From Chitinophagaceae bacterium (GTDB taxonomy: Bacteria > Bacteroidota > Bacteroidia > Chitinophagales > Chitinophagaceae), in the NCBI GenBank assembly GCA_009693715.1, contig SHWT01000001.1, positions 5,419 to 69,418 on the forward strand: a stretch of 64,000 nt of DNA, read 5' to 3'. Position 1 is the stretch's first letter; each line of letters begins with the position of its first letter. Below are positions 8,842 through 17,570 of this stretch, one piece after another. Below the pieces are notes generated by a model, which did no database searches, was not told where the DNA came from, and saw only the letters and a list, made by a program, of their open reading frames with translations. Position numbers and translations under genes: made by a program.

Positions 8842-9243
8842 TTATTTAATAGGCTTTTCATCATGCATCACTTCACGCATTAAGTCATTCATCGTAAGTA
8901 TTCCTCTGAATTCAATTTCATCAAATACAGGTAAGTACCTTGTTTTATAAACATTCATTAAAACCATACAACGTTTCAAATCCTCCTCATAACTTACAAT
9001 CGGTAAATCATGGTTCATGATATCTTTAACTAATAGTAAATTGGATTGCTTTCCTTGTAATTTGACCTTTTGTACATAATCATGTTCCGACATGATACCT
9101 AAAAATTGATTTTTTAGTTTAACAACCACATAGCTTAAGTTTTCTGTCTTCATTATTGTTAAAGCATCCAGCACTTTTGTCTCTGGGTCTACCACATTAA
9201 AATGGAGGCCTTTTTTGATTAAAATTTCTTTAATTTTTGACAT
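8842..9243 (-). CDS. Stand-alone CBS-domain pair protein
   Basis: VDPETKVLDAL...LGIMSEHDY and RYLPV...RGILTMNDL repeats. Confidence 0.85.
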   Translation of the reverse strand: MSKIKEILIKKGLHFNVVDPETKVLDALTIMKTENLSYVVVKLKNQFLGIMSEHDYVQKVKLQGKQSNLLLVKDIMNHDLPIVSYEEDLKRCMVLMNVYKTRYLPVFDEIEFRGILTMNDLMREVMHDEKPIK

Positions 9244-9302
9244 ACAAATAAATTTAAAAGTGACTCCTTACAAGTTACCATTAAATACATTGTCTTATTC
9301 AA

Positions 9303-10379
9303 TTATTTAGCAATATAATCTTGATAGGTAATTTTTTGCATGATGGTAGACCCATTCATTACAAAAATGGTAGGCCAAACTCTAGCGGCTGTTTTAATCA
9401 TGGTGATGTCACCGATGAGTACATTGAGACCTGGCAATGATTGAATGGCACCGGCCTTATCAGCAGTGACAATATATATTAACTTATATTTTTCTCTCAG
9501 CTTTACTATCATTTCATTCCAAGGGATGCTGCTATCCACATAGCCCGCAAAAACTAAAACATAAGGTATGGGCGTTTTGAAAATCTTTTGGGTAGTGTCT
9601 AGTCCAGATAGCGTAGTTAAAGTAAAATCGCCAATACCTGCTTTAAGACCATTCCCTTTACTTACCACTAATTCTTTTCTGTCGATGTAAACATAGGTTG
9701 AATCAAAATCAGTTGGAAAATTATTGGCGTCAAAAAAATATTTTTTACCTTCTTTTTCAAACTCCATCATGATGGTAACACTATCTGAAACTGCGCCATC
9801 GGGTATTTTCATCTTCTCATTAATATCATTGCCTTGCTTATAAGATAAGCAATCAATCAAAGGCAAATGAGTTAAGGCCTGTTTTTGACCATACCCCACC
9901 AAAAATGTAGTGATTAATAAAATACTTACTCCAACACCCGGATGCATAATTGCTTTTACCTTTTTTTGTGTAAATAATAATATAACAATACAAATAAATA
10001 AAATAATGTCTTTTATAAAACTGGTTTGCGGTGTTAAAGGGATACAATCTCCAAAACAGCCACAGGTTTTAATTTTACCAGAAAATAATGCATACCCAGT
10101 TAAAAACGTAAAGAAAATAATCAAACCTAATAATAACCATAAAGTTTGCTTGTAGGGAAATTTGATGAGTAACGCGACACCAGCAAGAATTTCAAGGGTA
10201 TTCATTATTAAGGATAATGCCAAAGTATAATCATTGAAATAGATCATACCCCAAACCTCAAAAAATTCTTGCATTTTATAACTTAGTCCCAAAGGATCAT
10301 TGGCTTTAATCAAGCCAGAAAAAATAAATAACAACCCTACACTCCAACGAATTATTTTTATAAAGTTTTGCATAAGCAT
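9303..10379 (-). CDS. DoxX/MauE-family membrane protein with a periplasmic thioredoxin-like region (BT_3928-like); start 10379 or 10373
   Basis: FIFSGLIKANDPLG, four TM helices and the CGCFGDCI motif. Confidence 0.8.
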   Translation of the reverse strand: MLMQNFIKIIRWSVGLLFIFSGLIKANDPLGLSYKMQEFFEVWGMIYFNDYTLALSLIMNTLEILAGVALLIKFPYKQTLWLLLGLIIFFTFLTGYALFSGKIKTCGCFGDCIPLTPQTSFIKDIILFICIVILLFTQKKVKAIMHPGVGVSILLITTFLVGYGQKQALTHLPLIDCLSYKQGNDINEKMKIPDGAVSDSVTIMMEFEKEGKKYFFDANNFPTDFDSTYVYIDRKELVVSKGNGLKAGIGDFTLTTLSGLDTTQKIFKTPIPYVLVFAGYVDSSIPWNEMIVKLREKYKLIYIVTADKAGAIQSLPGLNVLIGDITMIKTAARVWPTIFVMNGSTIMQKITYQDYIAK

Positions 10380-10382
10380 ATT

Positions 10383-10928
10383 TTAATGTTTGCCATCTCC
10401 TATTTGAATTAATGCAAAAACAGCATAATTTAATATGTCCACAAAATTTGCATCTATCCCTTCACTGATTAATGTTTTTCCATCATTGGTTAAAATTTGT
10501 CTTGTGCGCATTAATTTCATTAAGATTAAATCCGCATAACTTTCTTGACTCATGTCCCTCCATGCTTCCCCATAATCATGATTTTTATCCAGCATGGTCG
10601 TTTTAGCAAAATTGACATATTCATGGTACATGGCCTGCACTTTTTCAACAGGTAGTTCATCCACTTTAGGATCCCCCAATTTTAATTGGATAAGCCCAAT
10701 TACAGAATAATTTATGATTCCTTGGAATTCAGATGCGATGTCATCACCCACTTTTTGGGTACCAATATCTTGAATGGTTCGAATCCTGAGCGCTTTAATG
10801 AATATTTGATCCACGACTGATATAATTCTTAAAACGCGCCAAGCAGTACCATAATCTTTGGTTTTTTTGATGAAAATATCACTGCATGATGCAATGGCTT
10901 GATCAAATTGTGCGGAAGTTTGACTCAT
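10383..10928 (-). CDS. DUF1599 tandem-domain protein
   Basis: Two KxxDYGxAWR repeats. Confidence 0.85.
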   Translation of the reverse strand: MSQTSAQFDQAIASCSDIFIKKTKDYGTAWRVLRIISVVDQIFIKALRIRTIQDIGTQKVGDDIASEFQGIINYSVIGLIQLKLGDPKVDELPVEKVQAMYHEYVNFAKTTMLDKNHDYGEAWRDMSQESYADLILMKLMRTRQILTNDGKTLISEGIDANFVDILNYAVFALIQIGDGKH

Positions 10929-10958
10929 GAAAATTGACCTAATTACTATGTTAGTTAA

Positions 10959-10966
10959 TATCTTTG
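10959..10966 (+). promoter_or_regulatory. -7 promoter box (TATCTTTG) upstream of folP
   Basis: Exact TAnnTTTG in a divergent intergenic region. Confidence 0.55.
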
Positions 10967-11007
10967 AACAGTTGCAAGATAATCAATAACCACTTTATAA
11001 TAAAACT

Positions 11008-11832
11008 ATGTTCATAAATGTCGCTCAAAACGGGAAATGGGAATTAAATACCCCTCAAATTATGGGGATTATTAATGTCACCCATGACAGTTTTTATGAA
11101 AATAGCAGGGCAAAATCCATTGCGGGCTTATTGACAAAAGCAACACAAATGATTTCGGAGGGTGCTCAAATTTTAGACATTGGCGCACAAAGTACCCGAC
11201 CTGGTGCTGAGATTATAAATACAGCTACCGAACTTGCCAATTTAATTCCCTATGTAGAAGCGCTAAAAAATCAATTCCCCAAGCAATTGATATCCATTGA
11301 TACTTTTAATCCAATAGTTGCAGAACATGCCCTAAATGCTGGGGCGCATATCATCAATGATATCAGTGGTGCCAGTTTTGATACTAAAATTTTAGAAGTA
11401 GTTTCAAAATACAAGGCAGGTTATATTGCCATGCATATTACTGGAAACCAAATGACCATGCACCAGATTGAAAATAGGTCTGATATTATTTCCGCTATCA
11501 TAGATTATATGGAAATGAAGAAGGAATTATTGGCCTCCTTCGGTATTGAAAACTGGGTCATGGATCCAGGATTTGGATTTGGAAAAACAGTACAAGAAAA
11601 TTTTGATATCGTTAAAAGATTACATGAATTAAAAGTACTCCACCTCCCTATTTTATTAGGCGTTTCTAGAAAATCAAGTATTTACAAAACATTGGGTATT
11701 GGTCCAGCGGATGCGTTAAATGGGACTACTGTTTTAAATACATTAGGATTAATGAATGGAGCTTCCATACTAAGGGTACATGATGTAAAAGAAGCAAAAC
11801 AAATAATTGAATTATTGCCCTATCTACAATAA
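11008..11832 (+). CDS. folP: Dihydropteroate synthase
   Basis: MGIINVTHDSF, DIGAQSTRPGA, SIDT, DPGFGFGKT, GVSRKS and RVHDV. Confidence 0.96.
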   Translation: MFINVAQNGKWELNTPQIMGIINVTHDSFYENSRAKSIAGLLTKATQMISEGAQILDIGAQSTRPGAEIINTATELANLIPYVEALKNQFPKQLISIDTFNPIVAEHALNAGAHIINDISGASFDTKILEVVSKYKAGYIAMHITGNQMTMHQIENRSDIISAIIDYMEMKKELLASFGIENWVMDPGFGFGKTVQENFDIVKRLHELKVLHLPILLGVSRKSSIYKTLGIGPADALNGTTVLNTLGLMNGASILRVHDVKEAKQIIELLPYLQ

Positions 11833-11861
11833 AAAACTCCCTCCCAAAACGGGAAGGAGTT
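11833..11861. terminator. Hairpin terminator between convergent folP and FKBP genes
   Basis: AACTCCCTCCC-AAAAC-GGGAAGGAGTT with a left-hand A-run, which is a U-tract on the minus strand. Confidence 0.6.
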
Positions 11862-11890
11862 CTCCATATTTCTATTAAATAAAATTGAAT

Positions 11891-12799
11891 TTATTTGTTT
11901 GCGCCTAAAGGTGAAGGAGGTGCAGACATTGATTTAGAAGTTACATCTACCACTTCAATATCAAACGCTAAATTTTCATAAGCTTTAATTTGACCATTCG
12001 GCTGAGGGCCATAGGCCAACATTGCAGGAATGTATAAACTTCCTTTTCCACCTTTACCAAAGTATTGTAATCCAATATCCCAACCTTGAATCACTGAATT
12101 AGTTGCAATTTTTACTTCAAAAGGCTTAGATGCTGAATCTTTAGGATTGATATTAGTATCAAAAGTTTCTCCTTTAAAATTATAACCTTTGTAATATACG
12201 CTTGCAATTTTTGTAGAGTCAATCTTGTTAGTCGCATCACCTGCTTCTTTTACCACAACGAATACACCATCTGGTGATTGTACTGCATTGATTTTGTTTT
12301 TAGCTAAGTATGCTTTAATCGCATTAATTTCTCTATTTTTTTCAGCTGCCATTTCTTTTTTGTAATCATCATCTACTTTTGTAACATCAGCAAATACATC
12401 TAAAATTTCAGCTTTACCTAAAATGATATCTTTTGCTTTAAACACTTCATTCACTTGAACTGCGCCCATTTTCACTAAAGTATCGATGCTTAAAGAAAAT
12501 TCAATTTTATCTCCTTTTTTACATTTTGTAATAATTTCAGTAAAAGTATATTTACCTAGTCTTGTGGTATCAATTGGGAAATAAACTGGTATTACACCAT
12601 AAGTACTACTTAAAATAGTGTCTTTAGATTTTAACTTGTACTCAATATTTAATTTTACATATTGCCCTTGCGCCAATGGCTTTGAATTACCACTACCATG
12701 AGTGATTTTGTAAAGCATTCCTGAAGGGGCTTTTTCATATTGATTACAACTTGCAAACAATACAATAGCAGCTACTAACTTTAAAGTTGATTTTATCAT
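11891..12799 (-). CDS. FKBP-type peptidyl-prolyl isomerase lipoprotein
   Basis: Lipobox LFASC; C-terminal VYYKG...FDTN...VIQGWD...LYIPAMLAYG. Confidence 0.9.
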   Translation of the reverse strand: MIKSTLKLVAAIVLFASCNQYEKAPSGMLYKITHGSGNSKPLAQGQYVKLNIEYKLKSKDTILSSTYGVIPVYFPIDTTRLGKYTFTEIITKCKKGDKIEFSLSIDTLVKMGAVQVNEVFKAKDIILGKAEILDVFADVTKVDDDYKKEMAAEKNREINAIKAYLAKNKINAVQSPDGVFVVVKEAGDATNKIDSTKIASVYYKGYNFKGETFDTNINPKDSASKPFEVKIATNSVIQGWDIGLQYFGKGGKGSLYIPAMLAYGPQPNGQIKAYENLAFDIEVVDVTSKSMSAPPSPLGANK

Positions 12800-12801
12800 T
12801 T

Positions 12802-13818
12802 TTAATTTAATTGTGTTAATTGTGATTTATAGTTTTCTATTATGGTTTTAAAATCGTTTAATGTTTCATCCAATGATTTCGAAGATCTTCCACCAGCAGC
12901 ATTTGCATGTCCACCACCTTCAAAATGAGTTCTTGCAAATATATTAACATCAAAGTTACCTTTGCTTCTAAAACTCCATTTTCTTTCCTCTTCTCGATCA
13001 ATTAATATGGCTGCAAATTTAATGCCTTCAATTGATAATAAATAATTAACAAGCCCTTCCGTATCCCCTGTTTTTAACTCAAATTTGTAAATATCTGATT
13101 TTGGAATCGCCATGACTGCAGTTTTATATTCAGGAAGTACGGTCATCCGATTCAAAAATGCATTTCCCATGAACTTTAGGCGTCCTTCTGTAGAATTATC
13201 GTAGATATTTTCATGAATTTTAGCATGTTGTAAACCCAATTCTTTCAAATGGGCAATAATTTTATGCACTGATGCGGTAGTTGATGGAAAACGAAATGAC
13301 CCAGTATCTGTCATTAACCCAGTATATAAACAGGCTGCTATGTCCAAATTAATTAAATTACTATGGCCAGATTGTACGATAAAATCATAGATCATTTCAC
13401 AGGTTGAACTCATTTTAACGTCACTAATGCCATAGGCAAATGACGGATTATCAGGCTGTTGGTGATGGTCAATTAATATTTTTAAGGCCTTCGAGTCTCT
13501 AATGATTGGTTCTAAATGCTTTGTGCGATGTAGAATATTAAAATCCAAGCAAAATACATAATCCGCATCAGCTACAATTTGACTTGCTTCTTTCTTATTG
13601 GCCTCAAAATCAATCACTTGATCAACTCCTGGCATCCAATCTAAAAAGGGTGCCCAATTGGTTGGGGAAATAACCCTAACCTCATGCCCCAATTGTTTTA
13701 AAAAGTGATATAATCCAAGCGTAGAACCCATCGCATCCCCATCTGGCTTTTGATGTGCAGTGATTACAGCCTTAAAAGGTTGCTTTAAAATTGGGTAAAA
13801 TTGTTCAATTGCTTGCAT
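12802..13818 (-). CDS. nrnA: DHH/DHHA1 oligoribonuclease / pAp phosphatase NrnA
   Basis: [26 protein letters not shown] and GGGHANAAG. Confidence 0.9.
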   Translation of the reverse strand: MQAIEQFYPILKQPFKAVITAHQKPDGDAMGSTLGLYHFLKQLGHEVRVISPTNWAPFLDWMPGVDQVIDFEANKKEASQIVADADYVFCLDFNILHRTKHLEPIIRDSKALKILIDHHQQPDNPSFAYGISDVKMSSTCEMIYDFIVQSGHSNLINLDIAACLYTGLMTDTGSFRFPSTTASVHKIIAHLKELGLQHAKIHENIYDNSTEGRLKFMGNAFLNRMTVLPEYKTAVMAIPKSDIYKFELKTGDTEGLVNYLLSIEGIKFAAILIDREEERKWSFRSKGNFDVNIFARTHFEGGGHANAAGGRSSKSLDETLNDFKTIIENYKSQLTQLN

Positions 13819-13825
13819 AAGTGTA

Positions 13826-13833
13826 CAAAATTA
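13826..13833 (-). promoter_or_regulatory. -7 promoter box (TAATTTTG), 7 nt before the nrnA ATG
   Basis: Exact consensus match. Confidence 0.6.
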
Positions 13834-13855
13834 ACACAAATCAGATGTTTTTCAG

Positions 13856-13863
13856 TAAATTTG
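13856..13863 (+). promoter_or_regulatory. -7 promoter box (TAAATTTG) for ndk
   Basis: Exact consensus match, back-to-back with the nrnA box. Confidence 0.6.
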
Positions 13864-13896
13864 CGCCTTCAATTAAAAACTTTCAACAAAATATAT

Positions 13897-14313
13897 ATGA
13901 GTAACAGCACATTTACAATGATTAAACCTGATGCTACGTCAAAAGGCTATACAGGAGCAATTTTAGATCAAATTATCAAAGCCGGCTTCAAGGTGAAGGC
14001 AATGAAGTGGACCAATTTAACACCAGCACAAGCCGGTCAATTTTATGAGGTTCATAAAGAGCGTCCATTTTATGGAGAATTGGTTGACTTTATGAGCAGT
14101 GGCCCCATCGTAGCGGCGATTCTTGAGAAAGACAATGCAGTAGCTGATTTTAGAACATTAATTGGAGCTACTAACCCTGCACAAGCTGCAGAAGGTACCA
14201 TTCGTAAGAATTTCGCAGCATCTATTGGCGAAAACGCGGTTCACGGAAGTGATAGTGATGAAAACGCACAAATTGAAGGGAATTTCTTCTTTTCTAAATT
14301 AGAAAGATTTTAA
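13897..14313 (+). CDS. ndk: Nucleoside diphosphate kinase (start corrected to ATG 13897)
   Basis: [24 protein letters not shown] and the catalytic NAVHGSDS. Confidence 0.97.
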   Translation: MSNSTFTMIKPDATSKGYTGAILDQIIKAGFKVKAMKWTNLTPAQAGQFYEVHKERPFYGELVDFMSSGPIVAAILEKDNAVADFRTLIGATNPAQAAEGTIRKNFAASIGENAVHGSDSDENAQIEGNFFFSKLERF

Positions 14314-14338
14314 TACAACTTTAAATAATGTATTTACG

Positions 14339-14369
14339 AAAAGCACCTCAATTGGGTGCTTTTATTTTT
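14339..14369. terminator. Bidirectional terminator between ndk and the DEAD-box helicase gene
   Basis: AAAGCACC-TCAATTG-GGTGCTTT with flanking A and T runs. Confidence 0.7.
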
Positions 14370-15690
14370 TAGCCCCTCGAGTTTTAGGCTTACCGTATTT
14401 TTTTTGCATATCTTCTTTGTGATTCTTTCTTTTATTCACTTTGCTATTTTTGGCAGACTTTTCATGAAACGCAGGGCCTGATTCTTCTTTTTTTGGAACC
14501 TTAGTTTGTATGATCTTCATTCGAATCTTAGGCTTTTCATCTTCGGTTAAAATAGTTGAAATTTCAAGCTCCTCAGGTAATGACAACAATGGAATATCTT
14601 GTTTCATAAGGGTTTCAATCCCTTTTTGTAAAACCTTTTCCTTCTCTGTAGTAAATGTTATCGCTATTCCTTTTTTATCAGCACGTCCAGTTCGGCCAAT
14701 ACGATGTATATAATTTTCCGGTACATCAGGTGTGTCAAAATTAATTACATGGGTTACTTCCGCAACATCAATACCTCTAGCCATAACATCCGTTGCAATG
14801 ATATATTTAAAAACCCCAGCTTTAAATTGTTTGACAGTATTGAAACGATAATTTTGATCTTTATTGGAATGGATCACCCCTACTATTTCAGGAAATTTAA
14901 TTTCAAGTTGTTCAAATAACTGATCTGCCAATGCTTTGGTAGCAGCAAATATTAATACTTTGGTCATTGCCTCATTCGTAGACAAAAGTAGATTTAATAA
15001 ATTTACTTTGGTATTAAAATTAGGGACATGATAAGCAGTCTGAATAATATTTTCTAAAGGTGTACCTGTAGGAGCTGCTTCGACGGTGATGGGTGCATTA
15101 AAATAATCATGCATTAATTTTTCAACATCATCAGTGATGGTTGCTGAAAAAAGTAAATTTTGCCTTTTCTTAGGTAATAGCTCTAAAATATTGGTGATTT
15201 GTTTTCTAAATCCCAAATTCAACATTTCATCCATTTCATCAATTACTAATTTTTTAATCATTTTAGTTTTAAACGCGCCATTCATGATTAAATCAAATAA
15301 TCTTCCTGGGGTAGCCACTAAAACATCCACCCCTTTTTCAACTTCTATTTGTTGTGTATTGATATTCACGCCCCCAAAAACACCTACAGTGATTACACTC
15401 ATGTAAGTAGTTAATTTTTTAACTGATTCCACCACTTGTACCACTAATTCACGGGTTGGAACGATAATTAAAATTTGGGGATCTTTATTTTTGTCATATT
15501 TCCATTGTCTTAAACAAGGAAGTAAATAGCCGAAGGTTTTTCCGGTACCTGTTTGGGCAATACCACAAACGTCCGCTCCTGACATCACTATGGGAAAAAC
15601 ACGATGTTGAATGGTGGTGGGCGTTAAAAAGCCTAATTCCTCCAATGATCTTAATAAGGGGGTATTTAGGTTTAAATCTTGAAATGTCAT
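14362..15690 (-). CDS. DEAD/DEAH-box RNA helicase (start corrected to ATG 15690)
   Basis: Q-motif, AQTGTGKT, PTREL, TPGRL, DEMD, SAT, ARGID, HRIGRTGR and a basic tail. Confidence 0.95.
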   Translation of the reverse strand: MTFQDLNLNTPLLRSLEELGFLTPTTIQHRVFPIVMSGADVCGIAQTGTGKTFGYLLPCLRQWKYDKNKDPQILIIVPTRELVVQVVESVKKLTTYMSVITVGVFGGVNINTQQIEVEKGVDVLVATPGRLFDLIMNGAFKTKMIKKLVIDEMDEMLNLGFRKQITNILELLPKKRQNLLFSATITDDVEKLMHDYFNAPITVEAAPTGTPLENIIQTAYHVPNFNTKVNLLNLLLSTNEAMTKVLIFAATKALADQLFEQLEIKFPEIVGVIHSNKDQNYRFNTVKQFKAGVFKYIIATDVMARGIDVAEVTHVINFDTPDVPENYIHRIGRTGRADKKGIAITFTTEKEKVLQKGIETLMKQDIPLLSLPEELEISTILTEDEKPKIRMKIIQTKVPKKEESGPAFHEKSAKNSKVNKRKNHKEDMQKKYGKPKTRGAKK

Positions 15691-15900
15691 AGCGCTTAAA
15701 TGTGGCACGAAGATAGTTTATTAAAAGCGCTTAAATCAATAAAATAATTAGCTATTTAGGAGATAACAAGACCCAATCTACTGAAATTCAATATTTTATA
15801 AATATTTCAAACATGTTCTTTATGATTGCTTTAAAAAAATTATATTTAAGTAATATTATTAAAACTATAACCATAATATAAAAATCAAAAAGTATTAAAA

Positions 15901-17568
15901 ATGAAGCACGCTAAAACTAGAAATTTATTGTTATTTCGAATATTAAGAAGTGTAACACTTTTTATTATTTTATTACAATGCACATTTGGATTCAGTCAAA
16001 ACGATGACAATATTAATAGTAGGGATATTTTATACCTTACTTCAGGGGGAAAACTTATTCCACAGCAAGCAATAATGGATATAAGGCATTATACCATTGC
16101 TTTAGAAGTGGACATGATCAACCATTCCATCAACGGCTCCACAGAAGTTAGTTTAAACCTGTCTAAAAAAACGGATACCCTCTTGCTCGACTTAATTCAT
16201 TTATATACCGTTACAAAAGTAAAAGTGAATAATAAACCTGCATCCTTTTACCAACATGATGATAAAATATTTATTACGAATGCCACTGGTTTTGAAGTGG
16301 GCAATCAAAAAGTATTAGTTGAATACAATGGTATACCTCCAGTAGCTATTAAACCCCCATGGGATGGTGGTTTTACATGGGCGAAAGATAAAAATGGTAA
16401 TGATTGGATGTCCATCAATATACAAGGAGAAGGTGGAAAAATGTATTACCCATGTAAAGACCATCCGAGTGATGAACCTAATGAAGGGGCTGATTTAAAA
16501 ATTACCATTCCATCAAATTTAATGGTGGCAGGGCCTGGATTATTAATGGGTGTAACGACTAAAAAGAACAAATCTACCTACCATTGGAAAACCAATTACA
16601 CCATTAGTAATTATTGTATTTTATTCAATATTGGCAAATACAACGTAATTAAAGATGAGTACACTACTGTTTTGGGAACCAAGGTACCTATTGAATATTA
16701 TATACTAGAAGTAGACACCATACATGCGAAAAAAGTGATTGAAACTAAAAAAAGAGATAGTAAAATTTTAGAAAAATATTTTGGAGAATACCCATGGGCA
16801 AAAGAAAAAATTGGTATTGCAGAAGTACCTAATTCTGGCATGGAACATCAAACCATGATTACTTTTGATAATAAGTTTAGCTATAAAACAATTAATGGAC
16901 AAGAATACTCTGGAAATTTGTTTCACGAATATGCACATGAGTGGTGGGCAAATAAAGTAACCAATAAGGACTGGGGTCATATGTGGATTCAAGAAGGAAT
17001 TGGTACTTATGCAGAAGCATTAGCTATGTTGGAAATAGGTGGCGAAACTGCCTATGATGAAATTATTTCTGGGCATCGTAAAAACGCAAGAAATAGAATG
17101 CCCATTGTTCCTGACGTTGATGAAGCAACTGAAGAGTTAGTATATTCCGGAGGAGACATTTATGGTAAGGGCTCCTTTTTCATGCATAGTTTACGCTATG
17201 TTATTGGGGATGAAATATTTTTCCCCACCTTAAAAAAACTGGCTACAGATACAAAATACACCTATGATAATTTTGTAACCACCACTGATGTTGAACAATT
17301 ATTTAGCAGTACTTCCAATAAAAATTTAAAACCATTTTTTGATTTTTATTTGAGAACAACTAAAGTATTGGATATTACCATTAAGGAAGTAGGATTCCAA
17401 AAATTCCAAGTTAAAGTAAATAATTTCTTCATGGATTTGCCTTATGATATTATGGCCAATGGTAAAATGACACGAACAATCATTCCAAAAGAGGGAATCA
17501 TTGTAAATAGTGCAACACCTCCGCAGGTGGACGCAAAAGGTAATTACTTAAAAAAAATAACACTATAA
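15901..17568 (+). CDS. Secreted M1 family aminopeptidase
   Basis: Signal peptide, GMEH exopeptidase motif and HEYAH...WIQEG. Confidence 0.9.
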   Translation: MKHAKTRNLLLFRILRSVTLFIILLQCTFGFSQNDDNINSRDILYLTSGGKLIPQQAIMDIRHYTIALEVDMINHSINGSTEVSLNLSKKTDTLLLDLIHLYTVTKVKVNNKPASFYQHDDKIFITNATGFEVGNQKVLVEYNGIPPVAIKPPWDGGFTWAKDKNGNDWMSINIQGEGGKMYYPCKDHPSDEPNEGADLKITIPSNLMVAGPGLLMGVTTKKNKSTYHWKTNYTISNYCILFNIGKYNVIKDEYTTVLGTKVPIEYYILEVDTIHAKKVIETKKRDSKILEKYFGEYPWAKEKIGIAEVPNSGMEHQTMITFDNKFSYKTINGQEYSGNLFHEYAHEWWANKVTNKDWGHMWIQEGIGTYAEALAMLEIGGETAYDEIISGHRKNARNRMPIVPDVDEATEELVYSGGDIYGKGSFFMHSLRYVIGDEIFFPTLKKLATDTKYTYDNFVTTTDVEQLFSSTSNKNLKPFFDFYLRTTKVLDITIKEVGFQKFQVKVNNFFMDLPYDIMANGKMTRTIIPKEGIIVNSATPPQVDAKGNYLKKITL

Positions 17569-17570
17569 TA

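Noticed and set aside
10776-10786. tRNA T-loop-like string GGTTCGAATCC
   Set aside because: It lies inside the DUF1599 CDS (minus strand, encoding RIRT), and the flanks form no acceptor, D or anticodon stems.
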